Assembly: GCA_951406725.2 (NCBI GenBank)
Contig: OX597822.1
Coordinates: 46,934,001-46,998,000, forward strand
Length of the DNA stretch: 64,000 nucleotides
Source: Octopus vulgaris
Taxonomy: Eukaryota
Direction of reading: 5' to 3'
The notes under the pieces are model-generated. The model ran no database searches. It saw only the letters and a program-made list of their open reading frames with translations, and was not told the DNA's origin. Below, one piece after another: positions 1 to 12,611 of the stretch. The position numbers were made by a program, and so were the translations under genes. The number at the start of each line of letters is the position of its first letter. Position 1 is the stretch's first letter.

Positions 1-775
1 AGTGAAGTTGTGTTATCAATGAGTTAGCATCCCTTAATGTCCACAATGAGAGAATAGTGGTATAAGAAATCAGCACCAAGAATAGGATAGGGCAGGTCTG
101 CAATGACAAAGATCCATTTGAAATCCCTACGGAGTGATAAATCCAGGGTGAGGGAGATTTGTCCATAGGTTTTGATAGCGGAGTGATTCACCGCGTAGAG
201 AGAAATTTCCGAAAGACCAGGATTGGTGGAGGTAAACCGTAGAGGTCAAATACTTAAGCTGGCACCTGTATCCACCATAAAGGACTTTGAAGAATTGGCA
301 CCTCTGATAAAGAATACACGGTAGGGTGAATCAGTGGGGGAGACGACTGTCGTGTCCAGTGCCTCCCTGCCTAGTTTCCCTGTGAAGAGCAAGAGCAGGG
401 TTGTATACACTTCTCGGCCTGGTCCTTGAACTCCTGTGGTACCAGCAGACTGGGGGAGCAGGAAGTGCGCGTGTGCGCGAGAAGGAGTGGAGCTTGGTCA
501 TCCCTGGGAATGATCCTTTGAAGATGAACGGTTCCTGCACATGCGTGAAACCTGACAGGTCAGTTCTGCGATAGCCCACAAGATTTCAGAGAATTGTATG
601 TCGTCCGGAGTAGAAGTAGTAGAACCTCGAGAGGAAAATGAAGAAGCGACAAGGCTATCGCGGAGAATGGTGAGCCAGAAAATTCCATAATCCTGATTGT
701 GGAGGCAGCGAGTTGTTCAAGGGCCGTGTGTTCCATCATCGGAGCTAAAATTGATTGGGCATTAGAAGGCATCCT
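1..775 (-). mobile_element. Ty3/Gypsy LTR retrotransposon relic (gag C-terminus and aspartic protease; CsRN1-like), runs off the window start
   Basis: Minus-strand translation gives SFMVDTGASLSI and IKTYGQISLTLDLSLRRDFKWIFVIADLPYPILGADFL (retropepsin DTG and ILGxDFL motifs), an upstream VCWYH knuckle and LEQLAASTIRIMEF; in-frame stops present. Confidence 0.85.
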
Positions 776-1365
776 TGGTTGGAATAAAACTTCAGTCTTC
801 TTGATGCTGATAGTCAAGTCTTTTCCTGAATTTCTCAAAATGTTTGAGAAACCAGAGCACAATAATCAGTAAACAGAAATTCATACAGGATTTCTTCCTT
901 GGTTTACTTTCTTTGATCTGAAACATTGCCCTTTCAGGTTTAATAGACATTCTGTGTGAAACTGGAATTTAACACCTCCAGGATAATCCCAAAAAGCACG
1001 TTGGAGCATCATTGAAAAGAACATGGAAAAAAGTACAGGGGCTACAACACAGTCCTGTTTGGTTCCAGTGGCAACAGAAAATGTCTCGGAACATTGACTG
1101 TTAGATATCACAGTTGCCATCATTCCTTTATGCAGGGATATTAATACCTTTATCATTTTGTCAGGAAGTCCAGCTTTTGACAAGATTTTCCAGAACGCTT
1201 CACTATTCACTATATCAAAAGTCTTGGTCAAGCCAACGAAAACCATGTACAAGTCAAGTATTTTGTTCACATGTTTTGGTGGGGTTTTTTCTTGAACTTG
1301 TTGCAGGGTAAAAATCATGTGGAATGTGCTGCTCCCTGCCCGAAATCTACATTGGGATTCAGAAT
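775..1365 (-). mobile_element. RTE-clade LINE reverse transcriptase fragment (decayed)
   Basis: ESQCRFRAG, MIFTLQQVQEK, FVGLTKTFDIVN, GTKQDCVVAPVLF and LTISIKKTEVL match RTE RT motifs (ESQCGFR, FVDLTKAFD, GVKQGCVLAP, LTISxKKTEV). Confidence 0.85.
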
Positions 1366-2553
1366 CAACCCTAAAGGGGAAAAATCTAGAACTGATAAGA
1401 GTTGATTAGATCGATTGGCGTTTATTTTACAGTTCTCAAAAGGGTGAAAAGTAGACCCAAGCTTGTTAGTGCTTGAATTCAGAACATAAAGAGACTATTA
1501 TTTCGTCTACCACTCTACCGATTTTACCAAACCATTGCCCTTTAATAATAATTATGGAAGTGGCGTAGCTAGAGTGTGTGCCACCCTTGAGTTTGCTGTC
1601 TCCACAGATTAAACAGGCTTATGCAGCCGACAGAAAGGGGTTGCATCCTTAAAAGCGACGCCCAGGGTGGATCCCCTACCCACCCTCCACTAGCTGTGCT
1701 ACCGAATTGTGGTTTCTGATAAAAGCACAAGGTTCCAAACTGAGGGATGAAAAGGAATCGATTAGATCACCTCTAATCTGTGGATAAAGCATTGTATTCG
1801 CAAACGTCCAGTTTAACCGATACGACAAGGCACAGCCTCGAAACTTTTTATAAAACTAATTTCAACAACAATAACCTGAACCACATAAACAAACCAATCT
1901 TTATTTTCTTTTGATGAGATTATTTAAACTATATCGTGTCAGTTTTCATTAGTCCTACCCGTTTGTGTATTTTGCCTTTGAAGATAGTTACACTTTAATG
2001 ATAATTTTTATTACCCTTGCATAAAAACTCCAACACCTCTCCTACCGTTTATAGTTGCCATAACAGAATCTCTGTTTGTATTAACCAGACATGACTTCAG
2101 AAGATACTGTGAATGAATCCACAATAAATAGATTGATTGGAGTCTACTTCATCAGTAAATAATTCGTTCCGCCCGTCCGCCCGTTCATCCATCCATCTAG
2201 GTAATTGTTCAACACTGGCAAAATATGACTTCTCTCAAAAAATGAACGGTAACGAACGGATTTGCTCCTTTTCCAACGCTTGCAGTGCCATAATTTTCCA
2301 TCAGTAACGTCACCACGTGTGGTAAGGCCACAGGGTGAATTACAATTTTTCACAGGTGTACTTATTCATTATTATTCGACGCCGTGCCCACCACTGAAGA
2401 ATGTTGTCTCCAGCTTTTCCTAATTGAATGATAGTTCACGATTTCTCTAAGATTGGTTTGTTCCTTTGCTTCTTTTACTACTTATTTCCCCCTTAATTTT
2501 TATTTACTTTTTTAATAAAACCAAACTGAACAATTACCATCTGTCTATCTTCG

Positions 2554-2595
<42 letters not shown>

Positions 2596-2600
2596 TAGAT
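2554..2600. repeat. (AGAT)n microsatellite within a mixed TG/TA/GA tract extending to ~2910
   Basis: Direct reading. Confidence 0.95.
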
Positions 2601-3990
2601 ACATACATACATATGTGTGTGTCTGTCGATATGTATGTATGCATGTATGTATGCATTTGCATATACACTCATGACATCCATGCATATATATATATATATG
2701 CCTGTGCGTGAGTACATGCATACATACGTACGCAAAACATAGGCACACACACATACACGCACATATATACACATCAGTAAGCATTGTACATATTGTACAT
2801 ATGTATGTGCGTGCGTGTGTGTAATAGCGTGAGAAAGAGAGAGAGAGGGAGGGCAGACAGACAGACAGACCCAGAGAAAGAGACAATGAGAGAAAGAGGG
2901 AGATAGAGATTTACGCAAGTAATATTCCTATCGTGATTAGTAAGGATGAATAATAAGTAGGAATTATCCTTTACTGAATTCAGCTAAACATTGGAAAATG
3001 CACATACATATCACGCATGCAATCATACATACATACATACATACATACATACACACTGGTGTGTACGAGAAAGATAGAAAAGCATGTGTTGAGAAAAGAA
3101 ATAGGAATTCACCTGTTTTCTCTCCCACGGATCTCAGCATAATTGTTATTCAAACGTGAACAGTTTCTGTCAGTCAACAATATGGACCAACGTGGAAAAG
3201 GTCAAACAACCGACAGGTGGCGCAAAAGACGACACGAAAATGAAGAATGCAGAAGATAAGTAAATGGAGACGATCAATGAATGCAAACTCAAACTTCAAA
3301 TAAGCGGAGAAATGAACGAGTTTATATACTTTCCAACTAATACATCGCAATTATGAACATTGTTGAATCATCGAATAATGCACGTTTGGATTTGCTTGTG
3401 CCATTTCCCTTGCAATAACGACTCCCAATTTTCTTTTAAACGTTGACGTTGCTTAACCCAGATCATGCTTGATCGTACAGGTCTACGATCGAAAGTGTTT
3501 CCAGCTGTTCACATGCTAGAGCTTTTTGAAAGGATGTATGTAAAAAAACTTCATTATCTAACACGTCTTCCTCTTGCATTTATCCAGACCGTAGGGTGTG
3601 ATTAGAAGGCGATATGACTTTCGCGAGTCGATGTTCCTAGCTGGTTGAATTACCACATAGATGTTGCCTCTTTGCTTATCATTTGTAGTCAGGCTTTGTA
3701 GGTTATAAAGCAGTTTTTGTGTTTTTGAATATGAGGAAGACCCTGCGAATGAAAAAGGCTCAAGTATCCCTAGTGATCCATATAGTTTATTTATTAATTT
3801 AGTTATTTATAATTAACTTTCTGTTAAAACCATGACGGTATCTTTAACAATCATAGTACTGCAAGTCAAGGCGAAAGATCGGCACCATGACTTTGAGGTG
3901 ATATCTCACATTTTGGTTAACCAAGTCAGATTATGTGATGTCACAACATGGTATTTCTGAACATGTATACATTGTCGCATACGTGCACGT

Positions 3991-4033
<43 letters not shown>

Positions 4034-4582
4034 CGTACTCATTGGATAACCGTGCATAACATACGCATCAATGTGTACTCTATCTGCCTGTCTGTTAGTC
4101 TGACTGTCTGTCTATTTGTCTGTCTGTCTTTCCTCTTCTCTATTTTTTCTCTCTCTTCATTTCTTACACTCACGCATATTCATTCACGAATTACGTCAGT
4201 GAATGACAAGCCAACAAGACAACCTCCCTGCAGGCAAAGTCTCTGTTTGGTGAGAACTAGCCAAGACAGACCTCACAACTCTTCTTTAGAACTCACAATC
4301 TTGCATTATCACATCTAATTCTCTGGCAATGACATCACAGAGCTTGCGATTTTCCCCTCTAGCTGATCAAGATTTCCAAAGGACAAATGGCGACGATAGC
4401 TCATCTTCAATGCGGTACCGATGAGACGTTTTACCATAGCCGTTTTAGCGTTACTGATTCGACGTTGACTTACTTGACATCTGACGTTTTAACGTTTCTC
4501 TTGTTCTTAGCCTCTCTTGTTCTTAGCCTCCCTCTCCCTCTGTCTCACACACTCAGTCACTTACTCACTCTTTCTCTCTCTC

Positions 4583-4686
4583 TGTATGTATGTATGTATG
4601 TATGTATTGTATGTATTGTATGTATGTATGTATGTATGTATGTATGTATGTATGTATGTATGTATGCATGCATGTATGTATGTATG

Positions 4687-4714
<28 letters not shown>
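4583..4714. repeat. (TATG)n microsatellite
   Basis: Direct reading. Confidence 0.95.
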
Positions 4715-4717
<3 letters not shown>

Positions 4718-5310
4718 GCCTATTTCTCTCTGTGTTCAATTAATGAATTATAATCTCTTCCCCTCCCCCTCTCGGTGTATGTATATATTTCTGCGTGCGC
4801 GGGTGCGTGTTTGTGCGTGTTTTCCTCCAATGCCAAAACGTACTGTCGCCAAAACACGCTGAATGTCCACTCACCCGTGCCAAATCGTTAGCGTCAAAAC
4901 AACTGCGCCCAATCGTCCCAACCCATCAAACTGTATTCTACATTACTTCAATGGGTGTGGGATGCGTGGTAGAGTCCCATAAGTTTGTTATAGTGTTAGA
5001 TGTTGAAATGACGTTGACAACCATCGAATCATTTCTGAGCTCTCACTGGAACATCCATATTTCCCAACCCTACAATCTTTTAAAACTAAGTTATGGTTGA
5101 GACAGCAGAATCTAACGAAATTAATAGTGTTCTGTTTTGTCAAAAAGAAGATAATTCAAGCAGTGGATTAAATTTTATGTTATCAGGAAGAAGAGAAGTC
5201 TGACGTTTTGGGTACAATCTTTCGACTTAGAGAAAAGAAATTTCAATTATTAATTTTTAAAGCTGATTGGCAATTATAGCAACGCAAAGCAACCCTTCTT
5301 ACACACATAC

Positions 5311-5450
5311 ACACTACAGAAGAGAAAATTCAGTTCACAACACCCTTTCTTTGAAGGTTTTTTGAAGAAAGGATCCTAACACTGAAATATTGAAATACAA
5401 GATAAAACTACAAACAATTGACTTGCATTGTTTTATTAAGAACGTTTTAT
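5311..5450 (+). mobile_element. Dispersed repeat with a degenerate hammerhead-like motif (Penelope-like tail); homologous to 46039-46170
   Basis: Aligns by eye to 46039-46170; contains TTGAAGA...GAAATATTGAAA. Confidence 0.5.
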
Positions 5451-5659
5451 TAAAAAAAAAGAAAATTTTTAGTAGCTCGGACAAGACATTAAACTGCACC
5501 CGGTAGTGAAGCTCCAGCCCGGAAGCTGAGGAGTGTTTGGGGAGAGTATGGAGTTGCTTATTAGTCACTACTACTCTTTGGCCCATACTAGCCCGTGGGG
5601 CATGGATTAGTACCTATCAAACGACAGTTATGAGTTAAATAGCAAAAGATTAACTTGGG

Positions 5660-5827
5660 CAGTAGCGTAACTACGCTGGGAGCAAGGGGGTAGTCTGCTA
5701 CGGCTGACGTTTTTATGGAGGCGACACTTATGGGTCTAATATATAAGCATGTGTAAGCTTGGGGTCCCGGGGGTGACGTCAAACACAAGGGCTGTCCCGG
5801 GTGGCACATACTCTAGCTATGCCACTG
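5660..5827. mobile_element. MITE with CAGT(A/G)GCGTAGCTA-type TIRs; related copies at ~1558-1702 and ~17688-17830
   Basis: Left end CAGTAGCGTAACTA and right end TAGCTATGCCACTG are imperfect inverted repeats; GC-rich interior. Confidence 0.65.
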
Positions 5828-6320
5828 GACTTGTGGCTAATGCAGAACTCGGAGGAAGTCTAGCTTATAGACATGTTTCACGCAGGCTCACCTGTTTGTA
5901 GACAAGCCCTAAAATCACGTGAACCAGTCACCCTGTTTAAGCGTTAAATATGCCCTTTGTCTCAAGAGGACGCTCGGAAGAACAAGAGACGAGCAGAGTA
6001 AACTGTAAATAAACCAGAAAAAAGGTTATAGGAGACCACTGTTGTACTTTCCCTAAGAAAAATGTTGGATCTTCAAACTTTGTCATGAAAGCCTATGATC
6101 GCCAATGCCTGTGGATATGGCCCAAAAAAGGAATCAGGACAAAATGGCTTAGCGGACAAAATGATTTGTGGTATTTCTTTCAATGTTTTTTTTTTATGTT
6201 CTGAGTTCAGATTCAATTGTAGTTAACCTTTCGGGATCGATAAAATAAATATCAGTTGACCGCGGGGGGGGGGGGTGAGCGATGAAATTGATATGACCCA
6301 TCCTCTCAAAATCACTGGTA

Positions 6321-6632
6321 TAGGCGCAAGCGTAGATGTGTGGTAAGAAGTTTGCTTTTCAACACATGGCTTCGGGTTCAATCCCACCTGTTGTGTGTGT
6401 GTGTACACGCGCGCGCGTGTCTGTCTGTCTATCTGTCACCCACCACCGCGTAAGAGTCGGTGTTGGTGTGTTCATGTCCCCATAACTTCACGGTTCAGCA
6501 ACAGAAACCGATAGAAAAGGTATCTGGTTTTTTAAAAAATAAATACTGGGGTAATTTCGTTTGACTGAAATTCTTCAAGGCGGTGCCCCAGCTTGGCCGC
6601 AATCTGATGACTGAAACAAATAAAAGATAAAA
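6321..6632 (+). mobile_element. SINE family B copy (internally deleted)
   Basis: Head GTGTGGTAAGAAGTTTGC...GGGTTCAATCCC and shared tail GGCGGTGCCCCAGC...GACTGAAACAAATAAAAG. Confidence 0.8.
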
Positions 6633-7281
6633 GACTGCGCCAAAATTAGAATGAATTATTTATAGCTAGACTCACATTCGAGATGCATCGTTTATAAAAA
6701 TAAATTTATGTATTTCTCGATGCTTCTACGTTCTACATGTTCAAAATATCCTTTATGGTGTTAAATGAAAATAAATGTTACATTGTTTTTCCTCTGACAT
6801 TTTTGCTAGTCAAAGTTATGACTTCATTTCCCATTGACTTGATTTCCCTTCATCGCTTGAATCAGGGCCGGAAATGACAACTCGAAATAAAAGTGGAAAA
6901 TGAAAACAACGGATGAAATAAAACATTTATTCTTTATTTGATAAATTGTAATACAGTGTTTTCCGGCATACAAGTCGAACTGAATTTTTATGACCGAAAT
7001 TTACTTCCCCCAAAAGCTAGGACCACTTATATAACAAGACAACTCTGGAAGATAAAAAAATGTCATGTGAAATGCAGTGAGATTTGGAAAGTTCATGTTT
7101 ACACTGTATAGAACGTCGACTTTTACTCCTGGTAGAAATCTACAAATAACATATTTGTAAGGGTATCGCAATTCAACTTGTCCGGGGCGTCAGAAAACCT
7201 AGAGCCGGTCATGGTAAGAAATATCTGGCAATTCCTTCATACAATATTCCACCGCCCTAAAAATATGTTTAAGGTTTCATT

Positions 7282-7537
7282 GGATAATGAAGTCTCTGAA
7301 GCATTAGATTTTTTTAAAAAAAGACAAGACGGTCATGGCTAGCACGCCTTTCATCATAAATTTGCTCAATTATGATTAAACAATGACATGGACAAATACA
7401 AATATATCCGGATAATGAAGTCTCTGAAGCATTATATTTTTTTAAAAAAAGACAAGACGGTCATGGCTAGCACGCCTTTCATCATAAATTTGCTCAATTA
7501 TGATTAAACAATGACATGGACAAATACAAATATATCC
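7282..7537. repeat. 128-bp direct tandem duplication
   Basis: 7282-7409 and 7410-7537 are identical apart from one visible mismatch. Confidence 0.9.
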
Positions 7538-7680
7538 TATTCTACTCTAGACACAAGGTCCGAAATTTTTGGGGAGTTGGGTGGGGGTAGTCGATTAGAT
7601 CGATCTCAGTACGCAACTGATACTTAATTTATCGACTCCGAAAGGATGAAAGGCAAAGTCGACCTCGGCGGAAATTGAAA
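7538..7680 (-). mobile_element. SINE family A copy, 5'-truncated, with apparent 15-bp TSD
   Basis: Reverse complement of GAGGTCGACTTTGCCTTTCATCCTTTCGG; flanked by AAATACAAATATATC (7522-7536) and AAATACAGATATATC (7681-7695). Confidence 0.8.
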
Positions 7681-8841
7681 AAATACAGATATATCAGACA
7701 TCTTTAATACAAATATACCATACAACTTAAGTTCTTGATTTATTAAGATTATTTCCGCCTCCAGAGAATGTCATAATTTTCAAATAACAGTTAAGACCAG
7801 CCCCACCCCATCTTTGAAGGGGAGATAATCTCAATATTAAAAAATTCTCCAAAGATGACATATCATAAAGGAAAGGACGGGTTTATTATCTGGAGATGAA
7901 AGGACAATCATTAACAGGTGTTCCTGGCTCTATAACTGTCATCAGCACGACAATTGTCCGGTCTTATCTCCAGTAGCCAAGGGACTTAGACGTATGCAAA
8001 AAAAAAAAGTGTACAACACATTTATGGCCAAAGGTAGTTTTTATAATTTAAATCGAAATGAGTTAAGAGAAATACTTCAGGTTAGTTAGTGGTGTGTATG
8101 GCAAAAATACGCAATGTGGTCCACCGTTAGGTGAAATTACGGTTGAAAGATGTATGACACAGAGTTGGGTTTTTCATATTCAGAGCTTTATGTACTTTGA
8201 CGTTAGCGCAAAACAATGACAGACAGACAAAGAAACAGACACACAGGCAGTCAGGCAGGCAGACAGACAGATAGACGGACGGACGGACGGACGGACGGAC
8301 AGATGGATAGATGGATGAAAAAATAAAATATTTTTGCGCAAAAGTAAGCTGTGAACGCAGTGAGAAAGAATGAGGGGATAAAAGAAGAGAAAAATAGAGT
8401 AAGGACAGGAGGGTTGAAAAAAGGAAAGAAAAAAGTAAGAGATAAAAAGGCGTGAAGCAAATTCAGATAGCAAAAAGGATGGAAAGAGAGAAAGCAGAAT
8501 GAAAAGAAAAAAATAAGGAAGAAGGATAAAAAGAATTAATCTAAAAGAGAAAGAGAAGAAAATCAGACGTTATGATAGAACAACGGCAATGAAATTCAGA
8601 CGACCAAATCCTGTCACGTGACATCGTTAGAACGCCTCTTTTAAGACAACGATATTTGATTCCTCCATCTTTCCTTATCTGTCTTTGTCTCTTCTCATCC
8701 CTCCACCTTCGGCCATTTAATCTTTACTTTCTGTTTCTCTTTTGCTTTCTCTTTCTTCTGTCCATCTTTTCTTTCTTTTTCTCTTAGTTTCTTTCTCCAC
8801 CGCTTTATACCTTTACACGTTTCTTTCTTTCCCTCTTTACT

Positions 8842-8843
<2 letters not shown>

Positions 8844-8925
<82 letters not shown>
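8844..8925. repeat. (TATC)n microsatellite
   Basis: Direct reading. Confidence 0.95.
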
Positions 8926-8928
<3 letters not shown>

Positions 8929-9713
8929 CATATCTTTTCTATTCTTGTCGTCTCTCGCCTTGATGGCAAGTCAGCGTTTATTATCATAGCTTTGCGATGA
9001 AGTTGCCGAGATAATTTGGTCACTACTGTTCAGCCCAAGTGACATTCAACAGGTTTGCTCGTGTGAGAACATAACCCTCACAACATACAAACACACAAAG
9101 AAAAAGAATTAGAAAGAAAAGAATCAGAAACGCAACGAGAGGAAAGAAAAGGAACAGTAGGACAACCAAACTGATTCCCCAGACAATGTTCACCAAACTA
9201 GCTCAACCCCAAATTTGGACTGTACGATCGGATCAGGTCAAATGAACGCTTGTTTCTTTTTATATTTCCCTCTGTTCATGATTTGCTATTACCACACCCT
9301 TCTACCTCTCTCCCGCCTTTCCTTTCCCTCTCTTTCTCTCTCTCTCTCCCTCCACCCCCTCTCTCTCTCCTATTATGACGTTGTTTCATATTTTATAAGT
9401 TTTGATATTTCTTTAAAAGAATAGATTGGACTACGTGGTTTTATATTTACTAAAGGTCGCACTCATACCCCACCACACACACACACACACACAACACACA
9501 AACTGCACAAACTGGGGGAGACCCGTACATTTTTATTCGTTCGTCCGTCGTTGTCGACGATGATCAAGAGCATAGCGTGAGAAAAGACGTGACACAGTGT
9601 GTTCGGCTGTGGCCGATCAGTCATATAGAAGTTCCGAAGGCTCTGCCGCTGATCGAGCACTATTGGTCTGCGGGGACTGAAGTTTCGGCAGTTGACTCTA
9701 CACTCGCGCAGTT

Positions 9714-10206
9714 CATACATACATACATACATACATACATACATACATACATACATACATACATACATACATACATACACACATACATACACGCACACAC
9801 ACACACACACACATACATACATACATACATACATACATACATACATACATACATACATACATACATACATACATACATACACGCCTACATACATACATAG
9901 ATGCATGCATACATACACACATACGTACGTGCGTGCGTCCGTGCGTACATACATACAGGCATTTATAACTGTATACACACATACATAGATGTATAAATAC
10001 ATACATATATAGATGCATGCATACATAAGTACATACATGCATGCATGCATGCAAGCATACATACATACATACGTACATACATACATACATACATACATAC
10101 ATACATACATACATACATACATACATGCAAGTATATATATACATACATAGAGGCATACATACATACATGCATGCATACATACATACATAAAATATGCATG
10201 CATACA
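9714..10206. repeat. Compound (CATA)n/(CA)n microsatellite
   Basis: Direct reading; source of the spurious 351-aa ORF. Confidence 0.95.
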
Positions 10207-10209
10207 TAA

Positions 10210-10245
<36 letters not shown>

Positions 10246-10440
10246 GCAGTTCTTCATGTCCGCAGATGATGAGGAAGAGTGACCGGTCCTTAAGTGTCTA
10301 TGTAAACCGATCCTTAAGCAAGAGGCTCTGGCACACTTAGGGTAGACATACACGGCTTGGCCAAATGATGGTCGTGACGATGAGTCTTTCCTTCTTTGGT
10401 GCTTCTCCCCCACCGCAGCTGCTTTGGACCTTTCAAAATT
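10210..10440 (-). mobile_element. 3' end of an RTE-clade LINE with (CAT)n tail
   Basis: Minus-strand EKHQRRK...YPKCARASCLRIGLHRHLR (degenerate C-terminal zinc finger, RIGLxSH motif) followed by a trinucleotide tail. Confidence 0.7.
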
Positions 10441-10494
10441 CCTGCATGGTAGGAATACATGCACGCGGGCGCGTACCCCCCCCCCCCATATATA

Positions 10495-11160
10495 TGAGGT
10501 GGTATCAAAAAGTTCCAAGTCTCGTTAATTTTCATATAAAATAACTTATATACCTAAGTTTTAACATCATCTCCTTTGAAATAGTCCCCTTGCGCAGTAA
10601 TACACCGGCCTCAACGTTCTTGTCACTTATGGAATCCGGCCTGGAAGTAGTTTTCCGTAGGCAAGTTGAGGACCTTCTGTGATTCACTCTGGATCTCGAC
10701 AACGGTGTTGAAAGGTGACCGTCGAACTACATTTCAATCTTGGGAAAGAGATGGAAGTCTTCAGGTGCTAAATCTGGTGAATAGGGCGGGTGCGGAAGCA
10801 ATGCCATGTTGTTTTCGGCGAGAAACTCACGGTGGCAGGGTGCACTGTGGTCGTAAAGAGTCCAATTCTTCGCCTTCCACAGATTTGGTCGCTTTCGCCA
10901 AATGTTTTCCCTCAAACGCTTCGAAACGTCGCAGTAGAACTCCCGATTGACGGTCTGACCATGGGGAACGAATTCTCGATGCATTTACGGGGTTGACGCT
11001 CGTGGCAGTTCTTCCAGATCGCTCATCGCTTTCCAGAAACGTTCTTCCGCTTCTTGAAACGCTCGTGTCACTTCAAACGTTGTATACGACCCATTGCCTC
11101 GTCGCCGTAAGCTTGCCGTAGTATTTTCAATGTTTCTGTAGCAGACTTCCCGAGTTTAAC
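10495..11160 (-). mobile_element. mariner (DD34D) transposon relic, internally deleted
   Basis: HREFVPHGQTVNREFY, LPHPPYSPDLAPEDFHLFPK and the N-terminal KLGKSATETLKILRQAYGDEAM; one TIR TGAGGTGGTATCAAAAAGTTCC preceded by TA. Confidence 0.9.
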
Positions 11161-11174
11161 ACACACACGCACAC

Positions 11175-11257
<83 letters not shown>

Positions 11258-11355
11258 CGCACACACAGAGATTCCACATCAACTGTGATGCTGAGAAGAT
11301 CTCTATTAAACGGAGGATTGAAGCCAGAGGCACATGGTCAGTTCAAACGGTATTT

Positions 11356-11586
11356 GGCGAGCTGGCAGAAACGTTAGCACGCCGGGCGAAATGCTTAGCG
11401 GTATTTCGTCTGCGTTACATTGTGAGTTCAAATTCCACCGAGGTCGACTTTGCCTTTCATCCTTTCGGGGTCGATAAATTAAGTACCAGTTACGCACTGG
11501 GGTCGATGTAATCGACTTAAAACCTGTCTGTCCTTGTTTGTCCCCTCTGTGTTTAGCCCCTTGTGGGTAATAAAGAAATAGGTATT
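11356..11586 (+). mobile_element. SINE family A (tRNA-derived), CpG-rich copy
   Basis: GGCGAGCTGGCAGAAACGTTAGCACGCCGG head, GAGTTCAAATTCC B-box, and a body shared with more than 15 copies in the window. Confidence 0.85.
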
Positions 11587-12340
11587 TGAGAGCCAGATCA
11601 TATTATTCGAACAGCACCTAATGAATAACTGGTGTGGGCTGATTAATACGAATAATAAAAGGAGACATGAATGCATTGTATATAAATTCAACTGTTAAAA
11701 TAATATTATCTTGAGAGTATAGGGGGAATCCCCGAATAGGTTTTCTGAATGTACAGCTGTTCCATGTAACCCAAGGATAGCTGCACTAACCTACTCGAGG
11801 GGAAACTCTTTTAATATCAGCAGAAAGTTATGCACGGGCAAGCATCCCATGAAATAGAGGATACTCACGGTATTGACCGGGAAAATATTCTCTCCTTGAT
11901 CTCTCCGATATCACATCCTCCCTAGGATACGCCTTAGCTATTCAAGGACAGGAGATAATATTAACCAAATTTCACCTGTCACTGCTGAAATCACATGATC
12001 TGAGAGTTCTGGCACCCATCCCAGACGGTTCTCGTTTGCTGACGATGTATATGTGCTCTTAGCAGCGTGCGTCTGTATGAGGGGTTCCCTCAGGACAAGA
12101 ACCGCAGTATTCAGTGTTCTAACAATAGATACACACTGAATAGAATGTAAAGACTGCTTTCCGTTATGAATTCTGCTTCCGTCGCTAAAATGAATTTTTG
12201 ATAAGCTTGTTGGCCATTTGCGACATTTGTGCCTGAAAAGCCATGATTATTCTATATATCGTTGACAGTGAGATGAAATCGAAACTCCACAGTAAAAAAA
12301 AAAAAAGAACTCCAATGAACTTGCCATGGGGAGGGGGAAA

Positions 12341-12375
12341 TCCAGCGTTTCAGGCAGAATCCTTCTTCAGGGTGA
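12341..12375 (-). other. Degenerate type I hammerhead-like motif (Penelope-like relic)
   Basis: Minus strand TCACC-CTGAAGA-AGG-ATTCTG-CCT-GAAA-CGCT-GGA; core and stem II are intact but the cleavage triplet is not NUH. Confidence 0.5.
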
Positions 12376-12483
12376 AAAGTCTTGTCGGCGCAGATCAGCA
12401 CTAGTCTTTTTGACCGTATACGTTTGTATGCGCGCGTGTGTGTGTGTGTTTGTGTGTATATGTACACGTACACACATGCACAT

Positions 12484-12611
12484 ATACATACATACATACA
12501 TACATACATACATACATACATACATACATACATACTTACATACATACATACATACATTCATACATACATACATACATACATACATACATACATACATACA
12601 TACATACATAC
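12484..12611. repeat. (CATA)n microsatellite
   Basis: Direct reading. Confidence 0.95.

Noticed and set aside
2322-2343. TAAGGCCACAGGGTGAAT, loosely resembling miR-124
   Set aside because: The seed differs from TAAGGCAC and there is no convincing hairpin.
5195-5235. Possible minus-strand hammerhead relic
   Set aside because: Both core motifs are disrupted, so it is too degenerate to call.
6603-6620. CTGATGA followed by GAAAC in a SINE B tail
   Set aside because: There is no room for stem II and other copies lack the CTGATGA.
9548-9560. TCGTTGTCGACGA, resembling the 5' part of miR-981
   Set aside because: The similarity stops after 13 nt and I see no precursor hairpin.
9463-10518. 351-aa ORF and similar MYVC/YIHT/IYIY ORFs throughout the window
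   Set aside because: These are stop-free translations of microsatellites, not genes.
12108-12146. Short hairpin TATTCAGTGT...ACACTGAATA
   Set aside because: Too short for a pre-miRNA and plausible by chance.
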